From Octopus sinensis (lineage: Eukaryota): a stretch of DNA of 64,000 nucleotides. Numbering within the stretch: position 1 is the first letter of the stretch; the number at the start of each line of letters is the position of its first letter. The stretch spans positions 54,188,001 to 54,252,000 of the forward strand of contig NC_042998.1 in NCBI RefSeq assembly GCF_006345805.1, given 5' to 3'. Shown piece after piece: positions 51,887 to 63,274 of the stretch. The notes beneath the pieces were generated by a model, which was not told the origin of the DNA, made no database searches, and saw nothing but the letters and a program-made list of their open reading frames with translations. The position numbers and the translations under genes are program-made.

Positions 51887-51891
<5 letters not shown>
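51396..51891 (+). mobile_element. Helentron-like non-autonomous element (HINE/DINE-1 type); duplicate at ~52634-53129
   Basis: 5' small hairpin GCACT-cagag-AGTGC then ACCTCTGCC; body gtttcatctgaatccatccagtggttcttgagatatc; (ACAA)n near the 3' end; terminal hairpin ACCCCCGCCTT-cgct-AAGGCTGAGGT whose stem resembles the 5' subterminal motif. Confidence 0.65.
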
Positions 51892-51934
<43 letters not shown>

Positions 51935-53124
51935 TAATAATAATCCTTTCTCCTATAGGCACAAGGCCGGAAATTTTTGGGGAGGAGACCAGTCAATTAC
52001 ATTGACCCCAGTGCATAACTGGTACTTAATTTATCAACTCCAAAAGGATGAAAGGCGAAGTTGACCCTGGTGGTATTTGAATATGATAATGATAATAATA
52101 ATAATGACGATGATGATGATGATTTCAAATTTTGCCACAAGGGAGCTTGTGGGAGAGAATTAAGTCAATTACATTGATCCCACTGAGTAACTGGTACTTA
52201 TTTAATTGAGCCTGAAAGGATGAAAAGCAAAAAAAAAAAAAAAAAAAAAAAATCAACCTTGGCATACTTGAACTTAGAATGAAGCAATGGGCGAAATACT
52301 GCCAAGCATTTCATCCAACATGCTAACGATCCTGCCAGCTCGCCACCTTAACAATGATAATAATAATAATAATGATGATGATGATGATGATGATAATAAT
52401 AATGATAATAATAATAATAATAATAATAATATAATAATAATAATGATGATAAAATTGCACTACTAGGCACTGCACACATCCTACGCAGAACACTTTCCAT
52501 ACAATAACCATCAGAGCATCACAACAAACACAGCACATACCCAAGGCACACAGAGCTGCGCTCGGTAGTGAAGTGAAAGCACGCTATAAAAATAAAACTA
52601 CTGAATAATAATAATGATAATAATAACAACAACAACAAGAGCACTCAGAGAGTGCAAACCTCTGCCACTGCAACACCAACATCCTCTTGACAATTAACCA
52701 GAGATGATTTTTTAAAATGAGAATATCTGAAATAAAATCGACTGCTCTCACAAACAAGAATACTAAAAATGAACTTGATCACTCTCAAATGGAAAAATAA
52801 TCCATATACCTTGTACAATGGAAATGGGATGGTAATATTCAGCACTGAAAACGTGTGAATATATGTGTGTATGTGTGTGTGTACAAGAGAACTATGTGAA
52901 ACTTTACATATGCATGTAAAGAAAATATAAAAAATAATCCAGAATCCTCGACCAGTACCAGACTGATCCCAAAATCTAATCAGTTAGTTCATATCAGTCA
53001 CAAGGCCAAACATTCCTGAAAGTTTCATCTGAATCCATTCAGTGGTTCTTGAGATATCTTGTCCATAGACAAACTCACAAACAAACACAACCGAAAACAA
53101 TACCCCCGCCTTCGCTAAGGCTGA

Positions 53125-53179
<55 letters not shown>

Positions 53180-53789
53180 TGATGATGATGATGATGATGA
53201 TATTATTATTATTATTAGTAGTAGTATTATTAATAATAATAATAATTATAATAATGGTTTCAAATTTTGGCACAAGGTCATCAATTTCAGGGTAGGGAAA
53301 AAGTCGATTATATCAACCCCAGTGTTTTATCAACCCTGAAAGGATGAAAAGCAAAGTTAACCTCAACAGAATTTGAACTCAGAATGCAAAGATGAATGAA
53401 ATGCTGCTAAGCACCTTGCCTAGTGCACTGGACAGTGTAGGAGAATACAATGTGAGAATTACATGAAAGGTGTGTAAAAAAGTTAAAAAATTACAAAAAT
53501 ATGAATTTTAACAAAGAACAATTCCTCCAAAAAGAGAGAGACTGCTTAGGACTGCTCATGTAAACACCACAAAAGCACAGAGACCTTGACCACTAGGGCA
53601 AGTGCCCTTTCCACATCATCTACAGGAAAATGTTTAAAGTAGGCCCATTCACTCAGACCATTTTTATGTGCCACCGGCACAGGGGCCAGAGGAGGCTGGC
53701 AAACGGCCACGATCGGTTGGTGCTTAGGGCAGCACTCCTCTCTCTATCCTCACTTTCCTTTTCAAGTGAAACTTGAAATAATAATAATT

Positions 53790-53990
53790 ATCATCATCAT
53801 TATCATTATCATCATTTAACATCTGTTGTCCATGCCGGTATGGCTTCGACAGTTTGACCAGAGATGGCAAGCTGGGGAGTTGTACCAGAATCCAGTCTGA
53901 CTTGGCATGGTTTCTATGGCTGGATGCCCTTCCTAATGTCAATCATTTTACAGAGTGTGCTGAGTGCTTTTACATGACACAGCACAGGCA
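53790..53990 (-). mobile_element. RTE 3' UTR-derived repeat
   Basis: (CAT) tail, tttaacatctgttgtccatg...ggatgcccttcctaatg. Confidence 0.7.
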
Positions 53991-54237
53991 CTTTTATGTG
54001 GTATGACATGGGCACTTTTATGTGGCACTGCAGAGGCACTTTAATGTGGAACTGCATGGGCACTTTTATGTGACACCGCATGGGCGCTTTTATGTTACAC
54101 CACATGGGTACTTTTATGTTGCACTACAGAGGCACTTTAATGTGACACTGCATGGACACTTTAATGTGGAACTGCAAGGGCACTTTTATGTGGCACCACA
54201 TGGGTGCTTTTATGTGACCCCACATGGGCACTTTAAT
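53987..54237. repeat. 24-bp minisatellite, ~10.5 units (ggcacttttatgtggcactgcatg-like)
   Basis: Units counted by eye; derived from the adjacent RTE UTR motif gtgcttttta(c/t)gtg.cac. Confidence 0.9.
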
Positions 54238-54823
54238 AATAATAATAATAACAGAAAATAAAGATGCTGAGAATCTAATCTTTATCAATATTACATCACG
54301 AAATGCACAAAAAATCACAAGAAAAAATCATAATTTGTATGGTTTACTTTTTTAAATAATTTTTTCTGTTGTAAATTAATGAATTCACAATAGATGTTTA
54401 TGCCATACACGTTGCTGTGTCTTGTATTCTGATATTCTGTCATTAGCATATTTTTGTTTTGGCTTTTTATCTTTATTAATCAGTTACTAAGCATAAAGTA
54501 GAATGTTGATGTAAAGTCAACAGCTATAAATGTAATCAAATTTCTAATGTATATACAACAGCTAAAAAAAAAAGACTATGTATTAACAAAATCTCAATTT
54601 CTAATACAGGCTATGAAGGGAACCTCTACATGGTCATTAGACCAGCTAGAAATAGAAGCCAAATTTCCTTCCACTTACACTATCCTCTCTTGAAAGAAAT
54701 CAGGAAAAAAAAGGTGGGATGGTCATGTCTGGAAAACCTTCCAACATAGTTTGCCTTGATTAAAGCTGATCTGGAGCTACACAGCAACACTTACTACTAT
54801 TTCTTAGTGGCATTGCTTTGGTA

Positions 54824-56191
54824 ACAGGGTTTTCCGAAAATCTGCCCATCTATTAGATCACTCATGGGCATTTATTTGGATGGGCAGTTATTTGTGGTTA
54901 AAAGTTGAAACAGAGTTGGTGTTCTTGTTTGCATTCTGTTTAGACATTCATTTGCTCTGTTCGGCACTAGCCTTATTTCGTCGGAGGAGTAATGTAAGAC
55001 CCTCTGATTGATTACCGCTATAGACTGTGTTGGCAATAAAAATGTAGATGCCAGCCACTGTGGTGCTACCAAAGCTCATTTTACTGCTGTGTTGTGTGCT
55101 AATGCTGCAGGAAAGGTGTTGAAAACAATGATTGTCCTTAAAGGATTAAAAAATGTGCCTAAAATCAAGGTCCCAAAGAATATTTACTTAACAGTCTCCA
55201 ACAGGGGATCAGTCACATATGAACTCCTGCAGCTGTGAGCTGATAAAGTGTTTGGGCAGAGACCAGCACAATTATTCCATGCTCAAAATTCATGGATGAA
55301 TGCTCAATGAACAAGAAAACAGAGCTCCTAGAAGTGCTCAAATGTAGGAATACAATTCTTAAACTTATACCTCCTAAAACAACATCTTACTTGCAGCCGT
55401 TAGATGTATCAATTATTGGTCCTTTCAAGAAAGCCCTTTGTGCTGAATGGGAGAATTGGTTTTCAAATGGCAAAAAGGATTATACAAATAAATGATATTG
55501 CACAAAATTTTTTTTATCAAGAGATAGTGAACTTTGTGACCCAAGCTGTTGCCACTTTAAATAAAGAAACTATAAGGCATACTTTTGAATGTTGTGGAAT
55601 TGCTCCTCATGAACAGACTGCAGAACATAGCCTCTTAAACCCACGCTTACAAGATGTTTTGTCTGGCCTTGAGGCAAATGCGCCAGATGCACATAATGAC
55701 AAAATTTGAGAAGATGAGATACAAGTAAGTGAAATTAGCTCTGATGTGAATTATGGCCAAGCAACAAATGAAGAAATTTGTGGTATTTAACTTGAAACTA
55801 TTCAGTTATTATTCTACCATAAATACACAAGGACATTATTTGTTCATATGAGGCTTCTATTCATGTTTTCAACAGTTTAATTTTCAGTATTTCCTAATAG
55901 ATCCATTGCTAAGTTCAGAATATTTTTTTTATTATGCTACTTCTTTTAAGGCTGTTTCAGTTTCTTCATGTCTATATATCTGATAATTGAAACGATAGAA
56001 GTTCAATGGAATTGTATAAAATAAATATGGTTTTTTAGAATATCTTTGTTTTTCCTATGTGAAATATTTTACTTCCATATTACTGCCCATGAGTGCTTAT
56101 TATAGGTGGGTGGTCATTTAAGCTGAAAAATAGTTTTATAAAATAGAATTTTCTATTTAACAGCCCTGGACAGATTTTCAGAAAACCCCGG
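54824..56191 (+). mobile_element. pogo/Tigger-family DNA transposon, 5'-deleted, decayed DDE_1 domain
   Basis: TA|ACAGGGTTTTCCGAAAATCTGCCCA ... TGGACAGATTTTCAGAAAACCCCGG|TA (21/25 TIR match). Peptides FTAVLCANAAGKVLKTMIVLKG, MDECS, LIPPKTTSYLQPLDVSIIGPFKKAL..EW, IRHTFECCGI. Confidence 0.9.
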
Positions 56192-56572
56192 TATGAAGCA
56201 ACAACATTTGATTTTCATTGGTTTAGAAATATATAACCACTAACTGTTTTGTTGACCCTACAGGAACTAAAGAAGGCACATGTCCTAGTGGCTAGTGTAT
56301 TGCACTCATAGTTATAATGCTGTGGCTTTGATTTCCAAACCAGGCAGTGTGTTGTGCATTAAAGCAAAATTCTTTACTTCATGTTGTTCCACCCCCATTC
56401 AGCTGTAAATGAGTAACCTTGCAAGAGACTGGCATCCCATCCAGAGCAAATGATGTGACTTCAGACACTTATGCAGAATGGAAAATGGACAACAGGTTCT
56501 ATGTATGCCAGGACTTGGAGACAAGAATAAAAGCAAACTCTAACAGGGCAGAATTTCAAACATAAACAAGCA

Positions 56573-56972
56573 TAGGCACAGACGTGGCTCTGTGGTAAGA
56601 CACTTGCTTCCCAATAACATGGTTCCGGGTTCAGTCTACTACATGGCACCTTGGGAAAGTGTCTTCTACAGTAGCCATGGGCCAACAAAAGCCTTGTAAG
56701 TGGATTTGGTAGACAGAAACTGGAAGAAGCCCACTGTATATATATACATATGTATAAATATATCTATATGTGTGTCTCTGTCTGCTCCCACCACCATTGC
56801 TTGATAACTGTTGTTGGTGTGTTTGTGTCCCTGTAACTTGGTAGTTTGGCAAAACAGATTGATAGAATAAGTACCACTTCTTACAAAAAAAATACTGAGG
56901 TTGATTCATTTAACTAAAAATTCAAGGTGGTGCCCCAGCATGGCCACAGTCAAGTGTCTGAAACAAGTAAAA
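56573..56972 (+). mobile_element. SINE family A
   Basis: taggcacagacgtggctctgtggtaag head to gaaacaagtaaaa tail. Confidence 0.85.
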
Positions 56973-57117
56973 AAAAAAAGCATAGCTAAATAATGTGGTT
57001 TTTTTTTATCCCCACTCTCTATGTATTTTGCCAGCCTTCACTCTTTATTCTATACCAGAGTATATTATCTAAATTGTGATGAATCAAACATAAGTGAAAT
57101 GGGTAAAGACTCCACTT

Positions 57118-57432
57118 CGGTTATGAAAGACCATGGGACTGCACCTAGAGAGTTACCCTCCAAGGCACAAGTCTGGGCAAGGTTGTTTACAGAAGACCAA
57201 CTGTCATCCATGCATACCAGCTTCCCCTCTCCATGCCATCAATGCCGTCCAAGAGAAAGGCAAAGGCCAATACAGCTTGGCAACAGCGATGTTGCAACTC
57301 ATTTCTACAGCTGAGTGAACTGGAGCAATGTGAAATGAAGTGATTTGCTCAAGAACACAACACACAGCTCGGCCCAAGAACTAAACTTACAACTTCATGA
57401 TTGTTAGCTTGATGCTCTAACCACTGAGCCAT
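57118..57432 (-). mobile_element. SINE family C
   Basis: Reverse complement of the 33108-33437 type. Confidence 0.75.
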
Positions 57433-57780
57433 AGCACAGCCAATTAATAATGCAAATAAACAAAATCACATACATACACATACATAACTAAGTGTATGGG
57501 ACTCCATCAGTTTCAACAACAAATATTCAGTTGTTCAGTCAACTGAATTACTATATTTTCCAGCATAGAAGTCAATGACTTTGCAGGACCAAAACTTTCA
57601 TGTAAAATGCAGGAGGATTTGGAAAGATAGTGACGATGTTTGAATGTTTATGCAATATGTTTACTCTATATTATTATGCCAAAAAAAAAAGTCATATTAC
57701 AATCAGTGGCTTGCAGTGTTATAGGGCTTCCACAGTTACCTGCAATGCAGGCAAAATGTCTGGAATCGATTATCTAAGCA

Positions 57781-57934
57781 TGCACTGAGCATTCATCCAT
57801 GAATAGCACTGAATTTTGAGCATGGAATAATAGTGCTGTTCTCTGCCCAAACACTTTGTCAGCTCACAGCTGCAGTAGCTCATATGTGACTGACCCCCTG
57901 TTGGAGACTATTAAGTAGATATTCTTTGGGACCT
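57781..57934 (-). pseudogene. Second fragment of the same pogo transposase
   Basis: Reverse complement matches ~55170-55310 (VPKNIYLIVSNRGSVTYELLQL*ADKVFGQR...SVLFMDECSVH). Confidence 0.9.
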
Positions 57935-58342
57935 GACTCATAAGGGCTGATTTCCCAGTTTCCATGACATATATATTCTCCACCTGGATGGGATACTGGT
58001 CCTTTGCAGGATTACTCATTTTTCTCAGCTGTGTAAACTGGAACAATGTGAAAGGAAGTGTTTTGCTCAAGAACGCAACACATCACCCGATACAGGAATT
58101 GAAACCACTATCTTATGATCATGTGTCTAACACCTTAACAACTAAGCCATGTTCCTTCACTATACTATGCCAACATGTATGCTAGATAATGTGGCATACA
58201 TGTTTCAAGAGATGAATGCAAGATGAGAATTTATAGAATTTATATCTGCATCCATGATTATATACACAAGAATACATATACACTAGATTATATACACTAG
58301 ATTCTATACCCCTACCCAAGACAATATGCACAAGACTATGCA

Positions 58343-58552
58343 CCTTATTTTCCAGCATACAAATTGAAATTTTCAGACCAAAATTTACAGCCAAAAAATT
58401 GAAGGTCGACTTATACACCGAGAGGACTTTGGAGGAGCAGAAATTTCATGTGAAATATGGCACGATTTAGAAACATAGTGACCATGTCAAAATGTTTAAC
58501 ACTACAGTGTTAACACTGTATACAACACTAACTTGGATGCCAGAAAATATGG
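58343..58552. mobile_element. pogo/Tigger-type MITE (related partial copy at ~57548-57690)
   Basis: CCTTATTTTCCAGCATACAA ... TTGGATGCCAGAAAATATGG|TA. Confidence 0.6.
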
Positions 58553-58727
58553 TATCTACTCACTGAATTAGCAAATAAGTGGCTGAGTATTCCACAGATA
58601 CATGTACTTATAGTACAATTCTGAGACAGAATGAACATGAAACAATATCTAACAAACAAGGACATTTAAATTACTGATACAATGCATCCAACAGCCTCTA
58701 ATAGTTTCTATCCACCCAATGCTACTC

Positions 58728-58980
58728 ATGTGGAGGCATGTGGCATAGTGGTTAGAGTATTGGACTCATGATCATAAGATTGTGGTTTCGATTCCTGGAC
58801 CAGGTGACACATTATACTTTTGAGCAAAACACTTCATTTCACATTGCTCCAGTTCACTCAGCTGGCAAAAATGAGTAATCCTGCGATGGATTGGCGTCCT
58901 GTCCAGGTGGGGAAAATATATGCCACGAAACTGGTAAACTGGCTCTTATGAGTCGCAAATGACTCAAGAAGGTAACTTTT
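58728..58980 (+). mobile_element. SINE family C
   Basis: gtggaggcatgtggcatagtggttagag head, GGTTTCGATTCC B box, ttgagcaaaacacttc core. Confidence 0.85.
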
Positions 58981-59089
58981 CTGGGTTTTTTTCTAATATC
59001 ACTCATGGGCTTGGATCAAGTCAAGGTTATAATAAATAAAAGACATTTGCCAAAGATGCCACACAGTGGGATCAAACTTGGGACTTCAT

Positions 59090-59265
59090 TTATGAACAGA
59101 ATTATAGGGCTATATATTCTAGATTTATTGAGAATGAAAGTGACAGAAAAAGATTATGATTTATACCACAATGATAACTTAGTTCTATTGAAAAGTGGTG
59201 TGAGTCATAAGCAGGATAGATTTAAATTTGATTTCATTGAATTATTTCAGGAGATAGAACAGTAG
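59090..59265 (+). pseudogene. Penelope-like reverse transcriptase remnant
   Basis: IIGLYILDLLRMKVTEKDYDLYHNDNLVLLKSGVSHKQDRFKFDFIELFQEI resembles PLE RT ELVGLYIL..L......GLYRDDGL......G...DR.RK.I...F (YRDD decayed to YHND). Confidence 0.65.
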
Positions 59266-61689
59266 TGTGTATATTAATCTTGTAGCTATTAATTTTCTAG
59301 ACACCACTTTGACAGAAATACATATGAGCAAATCCATGCAAAAGGAGACAAAAACTGAAGAATTATAATAAAACAGTGCTACCATAATTTATGCATTTTT
59401 ATTTGCCCATAAGCCAATAGGATTCAAAAAAGTTTTAAAAAATTTCCATGGGGTTAGTCATGTGACCCAGGAAGCCATCTTGGATGCAGTCTAGAAGATG
59501 ACAATTTGACTGCAGGGACAAAAAAGGTAGGTATCCTAGAAAAAAATTAACTTTCCATTTTGCAAAGTAGCATTTTCAGGAAGAACTAGAGTAAAACTAC
59601 AGTTTGGCAGTGTTAGTTTTTGGAAGATCATCCTGCTTGTCAGCAAAAACAGAATTTACTGTGTCCATTAGAATTTGCAGTGTCAGTTACATTTTGGCAT
59701 TTTAAGTTTAGTTTACTAATCCTGATAAATACTTACTTTAAAATAAATGCAACCATTATGACATGCTGTAAGGGAAGGATTTTATCCTTATACACAGTCC
59801 TTTATATTTTCAGTTACATGTACCTGGTTGTGCACTGTTCATGGAAATTTCAGTCACATTATGATCAGTGGCTTGCAGTATTATAGGGCTTCCACATTTA
59901 TCTGCAATGCATGCAAAATGTCTGGATTCGATTATCTAAGACATTATGCATGTGCTGCAATAAGCTTCAAGAAATGCTATTTAGAACTTTGTGTTCAAGT
60001 GCAGCACATGTTTCGAATACATAGAGTGTGTTTTGACCTTTTGATCAATTCCTCACTTTCCTGATTGATTAAAAAAATGTGGAATACTAAGTGGTATCCA
60101 AGTTTCAGTGCTGTGTCAGTTACACATTTCTAGGTGGAAATGTTGCATCAGTTACATTTTAGCAAAGGTGCTACAGCATGTATTAAATAATAGTGTTGGA
60201 TACGAAAGCATGTATAACAGTCATACCACTTCAGGTTTTGTTTTTTTTTTTATATAAAAATTGTTTGGATATGTAAATTTTCTGCACAGGGTTCCCAGCA
60301 AGTCAGGTATCATGTCTTTTTTCCGTTGCATCAATTAAGCAAGTATTTATTCTCTCTAAGACAAACTAGTTCAAACATAAAATTACAATACATATGTAAC
60401 AATATTTATGGGCGATAGTAGTTAAAGTATTCATGGGTCACTACATTTAAGTTAGCTTGAGTAAAATATCAGAAAATTTTTAATATTAAAAAATTCTTGT
60501 AAATGTTGCATCAGTTACAGTGGAATTGACCATTTATAAGTATGTCTTGGTATTATAATAAAGCACTCAGAAATGGGAAATTCTAAAAATATGATTCATG
60601 AAAAAATATTAAATTTTGCATAGGAATATGAGGAATATTTTAAGACATGGCTGGTATTTAATTTGGCAATAAGAACTAGTATTCCTAGGGATATCCTTAA
60701 TTTAATACATCACTATATTTTGCTAGAATGTGATTTTATATTAAGTTATTTGATAAGAACTGTATTAAGGTTAGTAATCCAGTTTGTAAGAATTTCACTT
60801 GTTATATCAAAGGTTACAAAGCAGCATAGCTTCATCTTACAAACAACAGTCATACAATTCATAAAAATTGCCCACTAAATGACAGATGTTGGGCAATGTG
60901 AATTGCATATAAAGCTAATAGCAATAAGCAAAAATAGAAAGTGGTGCAACTGAAATGGTATTTAAAACTAGATACTATAAGCATAAATATTTGCTAGCCC
61001 TGATAATAAGAATAATTTTGTTTCAAAATAGAAATTGTTTGAACTAGGAAACAGATTTGTTGACACTTTGTATTCAGCAAACATCTCTTGTGTCAGTGCC
61101 AAACTTCTTGATTTTTGAAATGCTTCAGTAAAAAGAAATTTCAAGTTTCAATTATCTCTAGACAAGTGCACTCAAAAATTGTTTAAACTACAACAGAATT
61201 TTATAGAAGCAGAATGATTTTAGAGTGACCTCCCTTGTATTAGGTTGAATTCTACATGAAACAATTAGCACCTGATTGAAAATTTTCTAAGTAAAAACTA
61301 GGAATTAGCATCCCTTACATTAAAGAGGTCCTCATATCTTCAAAATAAATGCTAATGAGGTTAGCATGATTTTTGAGATATTGTTTGAATTGCTCAATAG
61401 TGGTTTTTCTCTAATTTATATATATACAAAAGAAATGTTGCAGAGTAAAAGATCATTTGTTTCACACATAATATTGAGATCATATGAATTTTTTCACATT
61501 TCTAGGTAGGTTGATATCAGGAAGATCTCAATGACCCACAACACTACTCTCTTTTGAAAACACAAGGATTGCATATAGGGTTTAAACTTGCTCACTTTTC
61601 ATGAACAAGGTAATGCTTGTGAACACATCTTTATGAGAAAGCATGATGCATGTGCAAAACATTGACTCATTGGGTATAAAAGGCAACTG

Positions 61690-62946
61690 AATTTAGCAGC
61701 AAGCATATCAAGACTGATACGAAATAAAGGGGAGCAAGCCATCGGATGTCTCTCTGCTGGTCAATGTTCATAGGTCATTGCTAATGGTTTGAACTGCAGT
61801 ATTCGGACAACTGAGCGGCTGAGTGGACGATAAAATTCAACAAACAGCATGGATGATCGCCCACACAGTGGTCAACCGAGGGTTGCAATGGCATGTCAAG
61901 ATCGCCACCTGCATTGACAGCACTGATTCAATAGGACAATGGAATCAGCTAAGCAGACCATAGGAACTCACCACAGACCTATTTGTGCAGAGACAGTTTG
62001 CTGATGGATGAGATAGTTAAATGTATCTTGGTGATATCTGGCTAGGGGCCCTATCCTCATAGATTGTCATCAATGGGCATGTCTGCAGTGGGCTCAAAAA
62101 CATCAGAACTGGTGATATTAGCAGTGGAGGACTGTAGATTGCATTTCTGTGGCAGGTGGCAAAGCTAGGGTTTGGAGAAGGCGGGAACATCATGCTGATG
62201 GCTGCGTGGTAGGAAGAAACTCATAGGGAGGACAGAGCATCATAATATGGGGCAGGATTGCACTCAACCAGAAATTTGGACTGGTGGTCTCCCAAAATAT
62301 TGGCCAAGGCTGGGGCAATGGAGTAAATGCTGCCTGCTACATCAACCAAGTGTTGAGGCCTCACATTATGTCATACTTTGCCCGTCATTGGAATCACATG
62401 TTCCAACATGGCAATACCTGTGCCCATACTGCCAGGTTGACAACAGACTTCTTCCAACAGCACAACATCCAGACACTACCTTAAGTCTGGACTTGAACCC
62501 CATAGAGCACTACCTTAAGTCTGGACTTGAACCCCATAGAGCACCTGTGGGACAAAATCCAAAGAAGGCTAAATGACATCTGTCAAGGCACAACTCACTG
62601 CACATCTGTCTAGGAACGTCTGTTCAAGGCACAACTCACTGCATGTTTTAACAGAGTGTGGGTTGCTATCCCTGTGGCCTTCATCATTCGTTTGGTGCAT
62701 TCAATGTACAGAAGATGCCAGCAGTGATCAACACTAACAATGATCACACGAGATATTGAGTTCATCTCTTAGAACACTGCTTCATCATGTGACACTGTGT
62801 GACATCAAGCTTGTTTCAGGAAATGACGTTTCATCATTAGGAAAGAACAGTTTCTTAATTAGCACTCTTCAATCAATGCCATAGCAATCTGTTAATAAAC
62901 AGGCTTCTATTTAGTATGTGTGTGATGTTTCTTTTGCAGTTCAGTT
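61690..62946 (+). mobile_element. Decayed Tc1-family transposon
   Basis: DRPHSGQPRV..QDR (paired-like HTH), ARVWRRR, SIIIWGRI, YINQVLRPHI, MFQHGNTCAHTARLTTDFFQQHNIQTLP..SLDLNPIEHLWDKIQRRL (DNA..H and SPDLNPIEHLW motifs). 3' TIR-like end ...gtttcttttgcagttcagt; internal 34-bp tandem duplication 62477-62544. Confidence 0.9.
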
Positions 62947-62978
62947 TATTTATATAGATATATATATGTATATATATA

Positions 62979-63186
62979 CCGGGGTAAACACAAAAATGTG
63001 AAACAAGGTGGAAAAAAGAGTACTCAAATACCAGTGGTAGAGTAATATGCTTTATCTAAAGCAGCAGAAAATTCAACAAAACCTGTAACTCTGAGTTTCG
63101 CGTTGCCGTTCTGTCCGATGAACGGCAACGCGAAACTCAGAGTAACAGGTTTTGTTGAATTTTCTGCTGCTTTAAATAAAGCATAC
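62979..63186. mobile_element. Penelope-like terminal element forming a hairpin (65-bp arms 63047-63111 / 63120-63184)
   Basis: CpG-rich insert in TA repeats; arms nearly perfectly complementary around an 8-nt loop tgtccgat. Confidence 0.8.
63111..63148 (+). ncRNA. Minimal type I hammerhead motif (C4 variant)
   Basis: CTGT-CCGATGA-A[CG gcaa CG]C-GAA-ACTC-A-GAGT-A-ACAG: perfect 4-bp stem I, GNRA-capped stem II, near-palindromic stem III, GUA triplet after 63144. Confidence 0.65.
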
Positions 63187-63237
<51 letters not shown>

Positions 63238-63239
63238 AT

Positions 63240-63274
<35 letters not shown>

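Larger units (their letters stand above)
50540..53128. repeat. Recent tandem duplication (50540-51890 / 51945-53128) of a SINE B + Dong-like 3' end + HINE cassette
   Basis: Near-identical units bounded by (AAT)n. Copy 1 has an extra internal Dong-like unit; copy 2 has an expanded poly-A at ~52229-52252. Confidence 0.95.

Noticed and set aside
53987-54237. Regularly spaced repeats resembling a CRISPR array
   Set aside because: Contiguous tandem units without unique spacers, in a eukaryotic intron with no cas genes.
54955-54986. Minus-strand CCGACGA-aataa-GGC-tagt-GCC-GAAC, hammerhead-like
   Set aside because: 5-nt insertion before stem II, GAAA incomplete, no stem I/III; lies in the pogo 5' region; likely chance.
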